From the NCBI GenBank assembly GCA_965217895.1, contig CBDCJV010000002.1, positions 2,944,001 through 3,008,000 on the forward strand: 64,000 nt of DNA. Direction: 5' to 3'. Below the pieces are notes generated by a model that was given only the letters and a program-made list of their open reading frames with translations, did not search any database and was not told the origin of the DNA. Positions 1 to 10,038 of this stretch are shown here, piece by piece. Both the position numbers and the translations under genes were made by a program. Numbering within the stretch: position 1 is the stretch's first letter; each line of letters starts with the position of its first letter. The DNA comes from Waterburya sp. Its GTDB lineage: Bacteria > Cyanobacteriota > Cyanobacteriia > Cyanobacteriales > Xenococcaceae.

Positions 1-166
1 CTGTTGCTCGTTCGCTCTCCATAATGTAAGCGTTGCCTAGTACCTGTCTGTAGACAGCACGAATAATGCTTTCTACTTCTTCTTCTGAACGACCTGGTAC
101 GTATTCAAAAGGTGCGGTATCTTCAAATAAGCCGACACCTAATTCGGATGCTGGTCCAAAAGTCAT
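1..166 (-). CDS. cpeC: Phycoerythrin-associated rod linker polypeptide, 5' part (continues beyond window start)
   Basis: Manual translation from ATG at 166: [53 protein letters not shown], a typical CpeC-type linker N-terminus. GGAGA RBS just upstream. Not in the ORF track. Confidence 0.85.
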   Translation of the reverse strand, partial: MTFGPASELGVGLFEDTAPFEYVPGRSEEEVESIIRAVYRQVLGNAYIMESERAT

Positions 167-503
167 TTAATAAATCTCCCAGATTAGGAATTAATTTTTC
201 ACGGGATGTAAAACCAGAGTTGTTAAGCGTGGTTAAATCTGCTAGTCAAGCTACTGATATTGATATACAACCGTTTTACAATGAGCTTTATGTAAATATA
301 AAAACTCGACAAGTAAAGCTTTTTTTGAGTAAAAATACTCCTCTATTTGCTTTATTACTTGTCACTGCTTACTTTCTTGATTGAGAGAAAATAAGCTTTA
401 AGCTAGCAAATTCGACTATTAGCAAAAGCAAAGTAGCAAGATATCAAAAATTATCATTTTGATGTTTCACTCCCATACAGTTGCCAAAGTCACTGCCAGC
501 CAG

Positions 504-544
504 TCAGAGATTACTTCGCCCTAGACGGACGGAGTAATCTCTGA
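504..544. repeat. Strong inverted repeat / hairpin
   Basis: TCAGAGATTACTTCG...CGGAGTAATCTCTGA, a 15-bp stem with one G-U pair, in the intergenic region upstream of cpeC. Confidence 0.7.
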
Positions 545-995
545 GCGTCGATCAATTTAATTACAAATATTTCGAGTAGACTACTTCTTGTTAAGAAGCA
601 ATGTTGACTCTCATATTAATGCACTGTTTTAATTAAGTGCAGTTTGTTAAAAGGTGTTTGTTCTAGTATCTAGACGAAATATAAATTGATTTGCAACACC
701 TATGATAAATGAATGAAAACCCTAACTTTTCAAGAGCAAAGTAGCCATTCACAGTCTATTTATACAATGCTGTCAGAACTGTTCTTATCAAGTTTTGTAA
801 AACTTAATGAGAATATTATTAACAATTGTTGCATACTTGTGCTTTAAACTAAGAATATTGACTAAAAAACTAGTTCAAACTTTCTAAAGTTTAATGAAAC
901 TCAATCACAGAGTACTTTTAAAAAGCTGACTGATATGTAAAAAAATATTACGCAATCCACAGAAAAAATAAAAATATTCAAACATCAAACCAGCT

Positions 996-1547
996 TTAGA
1001 CTTTTTGTTCCACCCCAAAACCAACCAGAAGAACATTTTCTAAAGGTTGTCCCGCAGGAGGTTTGGCATAGTTTAGAATCTTACGGATACGCATTTTAGG
1101 ATTAGTAAGAGTGATAGAATCAACCGAAACTACGCGAGTATAGTTGGTAGTCATTAATAATTCTTTGGTATCGGAATCAAAACGAAAATGAGAAACAATT
1201 GGTCTAGCTTCTTCGTAGGCGCGATCGCGTAAATAATCCCCTTCTAATATTTCACCCTCTTCTGATTTAGGCACAAACATCAGGTTAAGGTTTTGTCTTA
1301 CTTCTTCCCCTTTCTCAGAGATGGTATAAAAACCTAGATTAAAGCCAGGAAGTTGTTCCAGATTATCGAGCTTATCGTAAGCATTGTCAGCTAAAACCTT
1401 TGATTTTTGCTCGTTGCTTAGAGGCTGAACCTCAAAAGTAGTTTGCGATCGCTCTATTTCCTTATGAGTCAGATAATGATAAGTGCGATCGGATTGCCAA
1501 TTGCCAACACAATCAGCGAAAAATTGTTCAAATACAGCAGTGTTCAT
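996..1547 (-). CDS. CpcS/CpeS-family phycobiliprotein (bilin) lyase
   Basis: FF..CVGNWQSDRTYH N-terminus, YLRDRAY and terminal GFGVEQK; next to a PE linker gene. Confidence 0.85.
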   Translation of the reverse strand: MNTAVFEQFFADCVGNWQSDRTYHYLTHKEIERSQTTFEVQPLSNEQKSKVLADNAYDKLDNLEQLPGFNLGFYTISEKGEEVRQNLNLMFVPKSEEGEILEGDYLRDRAYEEARPIVSHFRFDSDTKELLMTTNYTRVVSVDSITLTNPKMRIRKILNYAKPPAGQPLENVLLVGFGVEQKV

Positions 1548-1593
1548 AATTCTAGTAACTCAGTATAAATCAAAGTCGAAATAATTTTAAAAG

Positions 1594-1655
1594 GTAGGGT
1601 GGGCAAATTCGGTTTTTAAAGATCTTAGATTCCACCTCATATTTGCCCACCTTAC
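1594..1655. repeat. REP-like palindromic element (GTAGGGTGGGCA...TGCCCAC family)
   Basis: GTAGGGTGGGCAAAT...ATTTGCCCACCTTAC; second copy at 17945-18004. Confidence 0.75.
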
Positions 1656-2131
1656 TAAGCAGTTTTTAAAAATTCAATTTTAAAAATGCCGTCGCTGGGT
1701 TTGTCGGCAGTCATCTTTTCCCAGGCTATTTCTCGCAAAAATATTTCGGCTTGGATTGTCTCTACCACGTCAACTCCCCATTCTCCTATTTGTAAAGAAG
1801 TAGGAGACATACTAGTAGCGGGAGTAGTTTTCTTGCCACCGAGGATTAACGTATCGGTAGTTAACTTCGAGTCGGACTGTTGACTTTTTCGTTTGTTAGT
1901 TAAAATCTCGCCACACATCTGACCAATTTCTTTAGGCTCAAACTTTTCTGTCGGAAACAGGATTTCTACTACCCAATGAGGATTTTTAATAAAGCTGCAC
2001 TTGATACCATTTTTGTCTAGTCCATCAATAAATACTTGAGCAAACTTTTCCCTTTCCAATGCAGGAAGTTCGTTGTTACGTAGGTTGAAATTGTGTGAGA
2101 GTAGCATTCTCCCAGTTGATTGATCGCTCAC
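1655..2131 (-). CDS. DUF2656-like conserved protein (phycoerythrin gene-cluster associated)
   Basis: MLLSHNFN, HW, LGG.KTTP and WGVDVVET motifs; upstream of the lyase gene on the same strand. Confidence 0.7.
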   Translation of the reverse strand: MSDQSTGRMLLSHNFNLRNNELPALEREKFAQVFIDGLDKNGIKCSFIKNPHWVVEILFPTEKFEPKEIGQMCGEILTNKRKSQQSDSKLTTDTLILGGKKTTPATSMSPTSLQIGEWGVDVVETIQAEIFLREIAWEKMTADKPSDGIFKIEFLKTA

Positions 2132-2233
2132 GACATTAATTTATATCTATATTAAAAAGACTATTTATAAACATATTAGTAGAAGCTGACATAAATAAAG
2201 TGACCATCGAATAATCTATTAAAGCCGTTCAAT

Positions 2234-2366
2234 AGCTTTTAGCTTTTAGCCGTTAGCTTTTAGCTTGAGTTAACTGTTAAAAGCGGCGCAGCGCGGTGTT
2301 GAAGGGTCCCTTCTTAGAGCGACTGCCTTTTAATGTTCTCAGCTTTAGAGCTAAGAGCTAATAGCT
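2234..2366. repeat. Heptamer short tandem repeats (TAGCTTT/TAGCTCT type) enclosing a 44-bp dispersed repeat
   Basis: agcttttagcttttagccgttagcttttagc and agctaagagctaatagct. 2283-2326 matches the element at 46656-46707 (reverse strand). Similar heptamers occur near 28972 and 44742. Confidence 0.7.
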
Positions 2367-2404
2367 TTTTTGATAAATCAGTATTTATCACCTAATTATC
2401 TAAA

Positions 2405-3079
2405 TCAAAACTCTCCTAGATCGTAAGCACCACCTCGTTCTAAAGCCTTTTGGTAAGCTGGACGCGCCTGAATACGCTTTAAAAAATCCATAAGCTGCGG
2501 ACGAGTCTGATCTAAACCAGCATAAGCAGCAGCAGCCTCTAAGGGAAAGCTTAATTGAATATCGGCTGCGGTGAATTCATTTCCAGCAAACCAAGTGTTC
2601 TTTTCAAGTTCTGCTTCTAAGAAATCTAAATTCTGTTTAATTTGAGGTTTAATAAATGTCTTTTTGACTTCTCCTGTAATGATTTTGGCAATCGGGCTTA
2701 AGAAGAAAGGTGTTTTTTGCTCGATTTGATTGAAGACAAGCTGCATCACCAATGGTGGCATTGCCGAACCTTCTGCATAGTGCAGCCAATAGGTATAGCG
2801 TAAGTTTTCTGAAGTTCCAGGTGCAGGTACTAATCGTCCGTCGCCATAGCGTTCAACTAGGTACTCAATAATCGCCCCAGATTCAGCTATGGTTAACTCT
2901 CCATCGGTAATTACGGGAGATTTACCAAGTGGATGAACCTCTCGCAGTGACTCAGGTGCTAGCATGGTTTTAGGGTCACGTTCGTAACGCTTAATTTCGT
3001 AGTCTAAACCGAGTTCTTCTAATAGCCAAAGAATACGCTGCGATCGCGAGTTATTTAAATGATGAACAGTGATAGTCAA
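2405..3079 (-). CDS. Glutathione S-transferase (GTT1-like)
   Basis: HHLNNSRSQRILWLLEEL, HPLGKSP, ESGAI and FTAADIQ motifs. Confidence 0.92.
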   Translation of the reverse strand: MTITVHHLNNSRSQRILWLLEELGLDYEIKRYERDPKTMLAPESLREVHPLGKSPVITDGELTIAESGAIIEYLVERYGDGRLVPAPGTSENLRYTYWLHYAEGSAMPPLVMQLVFNQIEQKTPFFLSPIAKIITGEVKKTFIKPQIKQNLDFLEAELEKNTWFAGNEFTAADIQLSFPLEAAAAYAGLDQTRPQLMDFLKRIQARPAYQKALERGGAYDLGEF

Positions 3080-3228
3080 ATTATTCTTGCATTATTTTAA
3101 ACAGTCGATAAAAGTATACTGAATTTTTCCGCAATGACTATCTAACTATAGTTGGGTATCACTATAATTAGATAGATGCCTATAAAAATCTCACAACTTC
3201 ACAACTGGCTTCTAAATTAGCGATCGCA

Positions 3229-3357
3229 TCAACAATATCTTTGAACGAAGGCAGAAGCCTTGGTAATATCCATCTTTGAGGCGATCGCTTTGCCAATTCC
3301 TGAAGATGCTCCTGTTACCAATACCACCTTGGAACTGTTTACAGTTTGAATATTCAT
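3229..3357 (-). pseudogene. Short-chain dehydrogenase/reductase N-terminal remnant
   Basis: Manual translation MNIQTVNSSKVVLVTGASSGIGKAIA.. contains the TGxxxGIG Rossmann motif; similarity ends at the HIP1 site 3281-3288 and the frame stops after 42 aa. Confidence 0.75.
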
Positions 3358-3395
3358 AGAACTATTTAATTCAAAAAGGTATTTTGCTTTTCATC

Positions 3396-4100
3396 CTAAT
3401 TAATAAATTTGTTCATCGATCGCCATTTTTCCCAAAGATCGGGACGGCGATCGCGAGTACGCTCGATCTGTCGATCTTTACGCCACTCGTCGATCAATTT
3501 ATGATTGCCTGAACGTAATACCTCTGGCACTTGCCAGCCTCGGTATTCGGCGGGTCGAGTATATTGAGGATAGTCTAATAAATCGGTTTCAAAACTTTCT
3601 GCTTTAAGAGATTCTAGTTTACCTACTGTTCCAGGTAACAAACGAACTACTCCATTAATCAAAGTAAGAGCAGGAATTTCACCACAGGTTAGGACAAAAT
3701 CGCCTAAAGATATCTCTTTAGTTACTAAATGCTGCCTTATTCTTTCATCTACTCCTTCATAGTGTCCACAGATAATAACTAACTGCTGATAATTGCTAGC
3801 TAAATCTTTGAGTAGAGGTTGACTCATAGGCTGTCCTTGCGGAGTCATGAGAATAATTTCTCGCTGAGGCAAAACTGGTAGAGATTCTACTGCTGCAAAC
3901 ATTGGTTCAGGCTTCAGCAACATTCCTACACCCCCGCCATAGGTAATGTCATCTACCTTGTGATGCTTGTCGATAGTAAAGTCACGCGGATTTATTAAAT
4001 TAACCGTAGCAATTTCTTTGGCGATCGCTTTACCTAGTAAACTAGTATTGAGAGGAGAAGCGAAAAAGTCAGGGAAAAGAGTGATAATATCAAAACGCAC
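3396..4100 (-). CDS. trmD: tRNA (guanine37-N1)-methyltransferase
   Basis: DIITLFP, YGGG.GM, CGHYEGVDER, SLGDFVL and YPQYTRP motifs. Confidence 0.97.
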   Translation of the reverse strand: MRFDIITLFPDFFASPLNTSLLGKAIAKEIATVNLINPRDFTIDKHHKVDDITYGGGVGMLLKPEPMFAAVESLPVLPQREIILMTPQGQPMSQPLLKDLASNYQQLVIICGHYEGVDERIRQHLVTKEISLGDFVLTCGEIPALTLINGVVRLLPGTVGKLESLKAESFETDLLDYPQYTRPAEYRGWQVPEVLRSGNHKLIDEWRKDRQIERTRDRRPDLWEKWRSMNKFIN

Positions 4101-4258
4101 GATAATTAAGAGAATTAATAGAGAATACTAACTAATAAGGGTTCAGTGTAAGCTTTATAACTTGCAGGAGTTAAGTATTTTTTGACACAGCAGTAAATCG
4201 TCAGTGTCGTTACGATCAGCAGTAGTCAAGGGTTTATCTCCTGTCCGCAAATTCAATT

Positions 4259-5104
4259 ATGATCAATACCGAAGTAAAAAATCACACCATCGACTCTTCG
4301 CAATCCACCAAAAACGCCATTTTAGTCATTGGCGGTGCTGAAGATAAAGTACACGGCAAACAAATACTACAAACTTTTTTCAATTGTTCTGGAGGAACAG
4401 ATGCCATTATAGGCGTTGTTCCTTGTGCATCTAGAGAACCAAATTTAATTGGCGAACGCTACAATCGGCTCTTTAGCGAGATGGGAGCAAAGGAGATTAA
4501 GGTCTTAGATGTGCGCGATCGCGATGGAGCAGATGATTTAGTTTATCTTAATTTCGTTGAGAACTGCACGGGAATTTTTCTGACTGGTGGAGATCAGCTT
4601 CGCCTCTGTAGTTTGCTTGGTGGCACTTCTTTGATGAATCAAATTATCGCCAAAGCCCAACAAAGAAAAATTAGTTTAGCGGGAACTAGCGCAGGGGCTG
4701 CGGTGATGGGTCATCACATGATCTCAGGTGGCAGCAGTGCCGAATCTCCTAACCGTGCTTTAGTCGATATGTCTACAGGTTTAAGTATTATTCCAGAAGT
4801 ATTAGTCGATCAACACTTTTATAATCGTAATCGTTTGGCAAGGCTTTTAAGTGCGATCGCTCTTCATCCAAGTCTTTTGGGAATTGGCATCGATGAAGAC
4901 ACCTGTGCCATGTTTGAAAATGACGACACAATGCAAGTAATTGGCAAAGGCACCGTTACCATTGTTGACGCAAGGGAAATGACTCACACTAATTTAGAAA
5001 AAGTACAGGGAAACGAACCTTTGAGCCTGCATAATCTAAAGCTGCATATCTTAGAACATGGCGATCGCTACGATTTATACCAGCATACCCCTCTAACTAA
5101 ATAA
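4259..5104 (+). CDS. cphB: Cyanophycinase
   Basis: IGGAEDK, FLTGGDQ, GTSAGA nucleophile elbow, DQHF..RNR and GIGIDEDT; directly upstream of cphA. Confidence 0.96.
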   Translation: MINTEVKNHTIDSSQSTKNAILVIGGAEDKVHGKQILQTFFNCSGGTDAIIGVVPCASREPNLIGERYNRLFSEMGAKEIKVLDVRDRDGADDLVYLNFVENCTGIFLTGGDQLRLCSLLGGTSLMNQIIAKAQQRKISLAGTSAGAAVMGHHMISGGSSAESPNRALVDMSTGLSIIPEVLVDQHFYNRNRLARLLSAIALHPSLLGIGIDEDTCAMFENDDTMQVIGKGTVTIVDAREMTHTNLEKVQGNEPLSLHNLKLHILEHGDRYDLYQHTPLTK

Positions 5105-5362
5105 CTTATGTTACGCGCTTATTAATCTGTAAAGCCGAGGTAATAAGTAACTAACTTATCGATATTATGTTGCTTAGTGTAGCCCTCGATTTTCATTGTT
5201 TTGCGTAACGTCAGCAAATAAAATAAGAAAAAGACTAAAATTGATCTTGAATTGACGATTAAATTGTTCATTGAGAACAGTTTGCTGGCTTAGAAAAGCG
5301 AGATTATAGTTTAATTATCCTGGCGCTGTTAATCAGCCTTCAGCAGCGAAGCATAAAGCATA

Positions 5363-7978
5363 ATGAGAATTCTGAAAACTCAAACGTTACGTGGACCAAA
5401 CTACTGGAGCATCCGACGCAATAAGTTGGTTGCTATGGTACTAGATTTAGAGGAGCTAATCGAAAAGCCCTCTAACGAGATTTCTGGATTTTATGATGGT
5501 TTAGTAGAAGTATTGCCTAGTCTGATCGAACACTATTGTTCTCGTGGCTATCGTGGTGGTTTTCTCGAAAGAGTCAATGAAGGCACGCTAATGGGTCACA
5601 TTGTTGAACACGTAGCCTTGGAACTGCAAGAGCGAGCAGGTATGCCTGTGGGTTTTGGACGTACCAGAGAAACTTCCACTCCAGGGGTGTTCAACGTCGT
5701 GTTTGAATACGTAGAAGAACAGGCGGGTCGCTATGCAGGCAGAGCAGCAGTCAGACTATGTAGCGCAATTGTGGAAACGGGGACTTATCCTCAGGCTGAA
5801 TTAGAACAAGATTTAGCGGATCTGCGGGAACTTTACGCTAACACTGCTTTAGGTCCTTCTACAGAAACTATTATCAAAGAAGCAGAAGCACGTAAGATTC
5901 CTTGGGCGTGGCTAGGTGCGCGGGCGATGTTGCAGTTGGGCTACGGAGCCAGACAAAAACGGATTCAGGCTACCTTAAGCAATAATACGGGCATTTTAGC
6001 AGTGGAGCTTGCCAGTGATAAAGAAGGCACTAAGACCATGCTAGGTAATGCAGGAATTCGAGTACCACAAGGAACGGTAATTGAATATGTAGACGAATTA
6101 AGAGACGCGATCGCCGATGTTGGCGGATTTCCCATCGTCATCAAACCTCTAGACGGCAATCATGGACGGGGCATTACGATTAACATTAATGACTGGTCAG
6201 AAGCAGAAAAAGCTTATGACATAGCGAGCAAGGCTGCCAAAACGCGATCGGTAATTGTTGAGCAGTATTATCAGGGAAACGATCATCGAGTTTTAGTAAT
6301 CGACAACAAAGTTGTAGCTGTAGCCGAAAGAGTCCCTGCTCACGTAGTTGGCGATGGTAAATCTACCATCAAAGAGCTAATTGATATTACTAATCAAGAC
6401 CCTAAAAGAGGCGACGGACACGATAACGTTTTGACTAAGATTATTGTCGATCCGACATCTCAGGCGGTATTAACCAAACAAGGCTATAGTTTAGATTCGA
6501 TTTTACCCAAACAGGAAATAGCCTATTTAAGAGCAACAGCTAACTTAAGTACAGGCGGTATTGCTATTGACCGCACCGACGAGATTCATCCCGAAAATGT
6601 CTGGATAGCTCAAAGAGTGGCTAAAATAATTGGTCTTGATATTGCAGGCATTGATATTGTTACCTCAGATATTAGTCGCCCTTTAAAAGAAACTAAAGGG
6701 GTTATCGTCGAAGTTAACGCCGCGCCTGGTTTTAGAATGCACGCTTCCCCCAGTCAAGGACTTCCACGTAATATCGGGGCTTCGGTCTTGGAAATGCTGT
6801 TTCCGAATAAAGCTCCTAGTCGTATTCCCATCGTCGCAATTACGGGAACAAATGGTAAAACTACCACGACTCGTCTAACTGCCCATATTTATCGTCAAAC
6901 TAATAAAGTGGTTGGTTTTACAGCTACCGATGGCATTTATATTCAAGAATATCTAGTCGAACAAGGAGACAATACAGGCCCTTATAGTGCAGGGGCGATC
7001 TTAAGAGATCCTACAGTAGAAGTAGCCGTGCTAGAAACTGCGCGGGGCGGTATGTTGCGTTCGGGATTAGCTTTTGATAGCTGTGATATTGGCGTAGTTT
7101 TAAATGTCGCTGCCGATCATCTTGGTTTGGGTGGTATCGATACCATCGAACAAATGGCAAGAGTTAAGAGCATAGTTGCCGAAACAGTGAAAGCAGACGG
7201 CTATGCAATTTTAAACGCCGACGATCCTTTGGTGGCAGCAATGGCAGAGCGGGTAAAATGTAAAGTTGCCTATTTTTCGATGAATCCTGACAATCAAATT
7301 ATTATCGAGCATTGCCGTCGCAATGGGTTAGCTGCAATTTATGAAAATGGCTATCTTTCAATTTTAGAAGGAAAATGGACTCTCAGGATTGAAAAAGCGA
7401 TTAATATTCCCATGACGATGCAAGGCATGGCTCCTTTTATGATTGCTAATGCTTTAGCCGGCTGTTTAGCAGCTTTTGCCCAAGGGGTTGATATAGAGCT
7501 TATTCGCCGAGGAATACGTACGTTTCAAATTTCTGCCGAACAAACTCCAGGCAGGATGAATCTATTCGATGTGAGTGATTATAGCGTACTGGTAGACTAT
7601 GCTCATAATGCTCATGGATACAAGGCTGTGGGCGATTTTGTCTGTAACTGGCAGGGCAAAAGAATTGGCGTAGTTGGTGGTCCTGGCGATCGCCGTGATG
7701 AAGATTTGGTTTTGTTAGGTAATATTGCAGCCAAGAATTTTAATCATATTCTAATTAAAGAAGACAAAGACTTTAGAGGCAGAGAACCAAAAGAAGTTGC
7801 CGATCTGATTGTCAAAGGTATCTGTCAATCAGATCCTGCTGCCAGCTATGAAATTATGCTAAATGAAACAGAAGCTATTAACAAAGCTTTAAATTTAGCT
7901 CAAGCTAATGATTTGGTAGTTATTTTTCCTGAAAAAGTTGACCCAGTAATTAAATTAATTAAAGAGCAAATGAAATAG
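5363..7978 (+). CDS. cphA: Cyanophycin synthetase
   Basis: MRILKTQTLRGPNYWS start, ATP-grasp domain (KPLDGNHGRG, EVNAAPG) and Mur-ligase domain (GTNGKTTT, DYAHN). Confidence 0.98.
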   Translation: MRILKTQTLRGPNYWSIRRNKLVAMVLDLEELIEKPSNEISGFYDGLVEVLPSLIEHYCSRGYRGGFLERVNEGTLMGHIVEHVALELQERAGMPVGFGRTRETSTPGVFNVVFEYVEEQAGRYAGRAAVRLCSAIVETGTYPQAELEQDLADLRELYANTALGPSTETIIKEAEARKIPWAWLGARAMLQLGYGARQKRIQATLSNNTGILAVELASDKEGTKTMLGNAGIRVPQGTVIEYVDELRDAIADVGGFPIVIKPLDGNHGRGITININDWSEAEKAYDIASKAAKTRSVIVEQYYQGNDHRVLVIDNKVVAVAERVPAHVVGDGKSTIKELIDITNQDPKRGDGHDNVLTKIIVDPTSQAVLTKQGYSLDSILPKQEIAYLRATANLSTGGIAIDRTDEIHPENVWIAQRVAKIIGLDIAGIDIVTSDISRPLKETKGVIVEVNAAPGFRMHASPSQGLPRNIGASVLEMLFPNKAPSRIPIVAITGTNGKTTTTRLTAHIYRQTNKVVGFTATDGIYIQEYLVEQGDNTGPYSAGAILRDPTVEVAVLETARGGMLRSGLAFDSCDIGVVLNVAADHLGLGGIDTIEQMARVKSIVAETVKADGYAILNADDPLVAAMAERVKCKVAYFSMNPDNQIIIEHCRRNGLAAIYENGYLSILEGKWTLRIEKAINIPMTMQGMAPFMIANALAGCLAAFAQGVDIELIRRGIRTFQISAEQTPGRMNLFDVSDYSVLVDYAHNAHGYKAVGDFVCNWQGKRIGVVGGPGDRRDEDLVLLGNIAAKNFNHILIKEDKDFRGREPKEVADLIVKGICQSDPAASYEIMLNETEAINKALNLAQANDLVVIFPEKVDPVIKLIKEQMK

Positions 7979-8221
7979 CTTAATTAGTTCAATTACCGTT
8001 AATTACCGAGAGAAGATCAATAATTTAATTAAGTCTAATTTAATTTCTCCGTAAAGAAATGCAGTCTGATAGCTATAAAAAACAAAGTTTAGGCAAATAT
8101 CCGCTATTCCACGGTACTTGCTCCTAGGCAATCAAGTTTATTTATGTATATATAGAGAGAGCAAGATTTGATTTTGAATTCTTGTTTGCTTTAGTATTAT
8201 TTATTAGTAAAATTTACAGCG

Positions 8222-8749
8222 ATGGCAATTAACCGCTCAGAAAACGATTATATTAATCGCAATGTTATGGAAGTATTGGTTTCAGAAGAAATTGAAAGGC
8301 AGATAGTTCGCCTACCCAATAATATTCAAAAGTTTGTCAACCCCATAGAAGTAGCTACCTATGCTTTAAATAGACTGCCAGCATTATATGCTTCTTCTCA
8401 GCAAGGATACAATAAACAGAAATTAAAGGGACGCTCAGAATATAGCGTCCAAATCACTCAGGAAGTTCGCAAAGGATTGGCTGCGGTTCAAAAAGACCTT
8501 TTGCGTAGCTCTACTCCTTTAACAGCAGAAAAAGAACAAGATCTAGATCGAGTCATAAAAGAAGCCCAAGATGCTCTAAGAGAGCTAGCTGAATACCTAC
8601 CTGAAAAAGACTTATCTTGGAAAAACATAGTTAAGTTAGTTAAACCTTTATTAGCAGAGCTACAGGCAGAAGACGATGCAGCAGCAAATGCTCGCAAAGT
8701 TCGCTCTAGGTCTACTAATATGTGGGATAATCCAGCACACAAAAAGTAA
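8222..8749 (+). CDS. Late competence development ComFB-family protein
   Basis: NVMEVLV.EEI and VATYALNRLPALYASS motifs. Confidence 0.8.
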   Translation: MAINRSENDYINRNVMEVLVSEEIERQIVRLPNNIQKFVNPIEVATYALNRLPALYASSQQGYNKQKLKGRSEYSVQITQEVRKGLAAVQKDLLRSSTPLTAEKEQDLDRVIKEAQDALRELAEYLPEKDLSWKNIVKLVKPLLAELQAEDDAAANARKVRSRSTNMWDNPAHKK

Positions 8750-8838
8750 GTTGGGCAGGGAAGTTATCTATTAAGTTAGCAAATGCTCCTAGAATAACCA
8801 TAAATTTGATTAGTAATATAATACGCATAGCCTTATCG

Positions 8839-9309
8839 TTATTCACTATAAAATGTCGAAGCGTTATTTCTGTTAACTAACCAATCTTCGTTTTCACCAC
8901 CAATTATTAGTTTGTCGATTTGCACAAATTCTTTACTAAGCTGATTTATGGCATTGATCAAAATATCGATCGCAATTAAATCGCTCGTGCCAAGATCGAA
9001 CCAACATCGACCCCACGTTCCTAAATATTCAATTTCTCCCATATTGTGCATCGGCGACATGAGAGCATTGTCTAAATTTTCTTGGTCGTATTCCATATAG
9101 CTAATCTCTACACCCACATCCTGCACGGGCAAATTCTCAGCATTATAGCCTCCCAGCTTACCAAGATAAAACCAGGAATCAAGTAGTTCTTCGATGTATT
9201 GTTGTTCCATTCTTGAAGGCACTGTGGGAAACTCCAGCCAAATCCATAAATCAAAAGGGTTAAATTCCCGAAATTGTATTTCCATAATTTTTAAGTAATA
9301 AACGCCCAA
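8839..9309 (-). CDS. DUF3531-family conserved cyanobacterial protein
   Basis: FREFNPFDLWIWLEF, SWFYLGKLGGYNAENL and WFDLGTSD. The true start is probably the internal MEIQF. Confidence 0.8.
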   Translation of the reverse strand: MGVYYLKIMEIQFREFNPFDLWIWLEFPTVPSRMEQQYIEELLDSWFYLGKLGGYNAENLPVQDVGVEISYMEYDQENLDNALMSPMHNMGEIEYLGTWGRCWFDLGTSDLIAIDILINAINQLSKEFVQIDKLIIGGENEDWLVNRNNASTFYSE

Positions 9310-9341
9310 AGATCGTAGTAGCTAATAGCTACTACGATCTT
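9309..9341. repeat. Perfect 15-bp hairpin (possible terminator or processing site)
   Basis: AAGATCGTAGTAGCT-AAT-AGCTACTACGATCTT between the DUF3146-like and DUF3531-like genes. Confidence 0.65.
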
Positions 9342-9452
9342 CGCATAAAGTTTGACTCAGCAAGCTGAGGTTTTGAATTCACATTAAGCATAATAAAGAA
9401 CTTTCTAGTAGACTTAACTTATCTCTATTTCTTAATTTCCTCATATTTAACG

Positions 9453-9737
9453 CTACATTTTTGTCCGAACCGTAAAAGTGTAGTCGCTACCTGCTTCTAG
9501 CTGATAATCGCAACGCTCTAAAAATCTTTCTAAAGGTTCTTGAATTAAGGCTCTTCCCAAAGAAGGTTGAACAGATAACCGACGTTGACGAAATCGCCAG
9601 CGAAATTGCCATTCGTATTCAGCAGCTTTGACTTCTCCTTCAATTTTCCCCATCGGTAAAGATTGTTGAGTAATTCGGACGTGGGCAATTGTTTCTGGTA
9701 AATAACTACGGTTCACAGTTTCTGACGGGGAATTCAA
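9453..9737 (-). CDS. DUF3146-family conserved cyanobacterial protein
   Basis: LPETIAHVRIT and PSLGRALIQEPL.RFLE..DYQLE motifs. Confidence 0.75.
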   Translation of the reverse strand: MNSPSETVNRSYLPETIAHVRITQQSLPMGKIEGEVKAAEYEWQFRWRFRQRRLSVQPSLGRALIQEPLERFLERCDYQLEAGSDYTFTVRTKM

Positions 9738-10038
9738 TTAGTAGATAATTTTTATAATCAATATAGCGACTCTTTAGTGAATAAGGTATAAATTTAGCTC
9801 AATAAGAATCAATTGAAAAATCGAGTTAAGAAGAGATTTCAATTCGTGTGCTAAGTGAGAGAGGACTTCTTTTCATGCTGCTTGTTACTAGGCTCGTTGA
9901 TTCAAAGCAGTATCAAAAAAAAAGAGGCACTTTTAAATGGTGATCACAACTGTCTTTGTAGTAGTGATGAAATCACCGTAAACTCAGTGTAAAGCTTTTA
10001 TAAAGGTAACTAACTACAAATATATAGGTTACTTTTAT

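Noticed and set aside
112..384. 90-aa plus-strand ORF
   Set aside because: Overlaps the cpeC start and promoter on the opposite strand and has no recognisable motifs.
167..995. RcaC L-box or CcaR G-box upstream of cpeC
   Set aside because: No convincing TTGCACA-N4-TTGCACA or CTTT.C.ATTT direct repeat found by eye.
5105..5214. Degenerate MITE between cphB and cphA (TGTTACGC...GCGTAACG)
   Set aside because: The inverted ends are too short and no target duplication is evident.
4259..7978. cphB-cphA next to trmD as a new system
   Set aside because: Standard cyanophycin locus.
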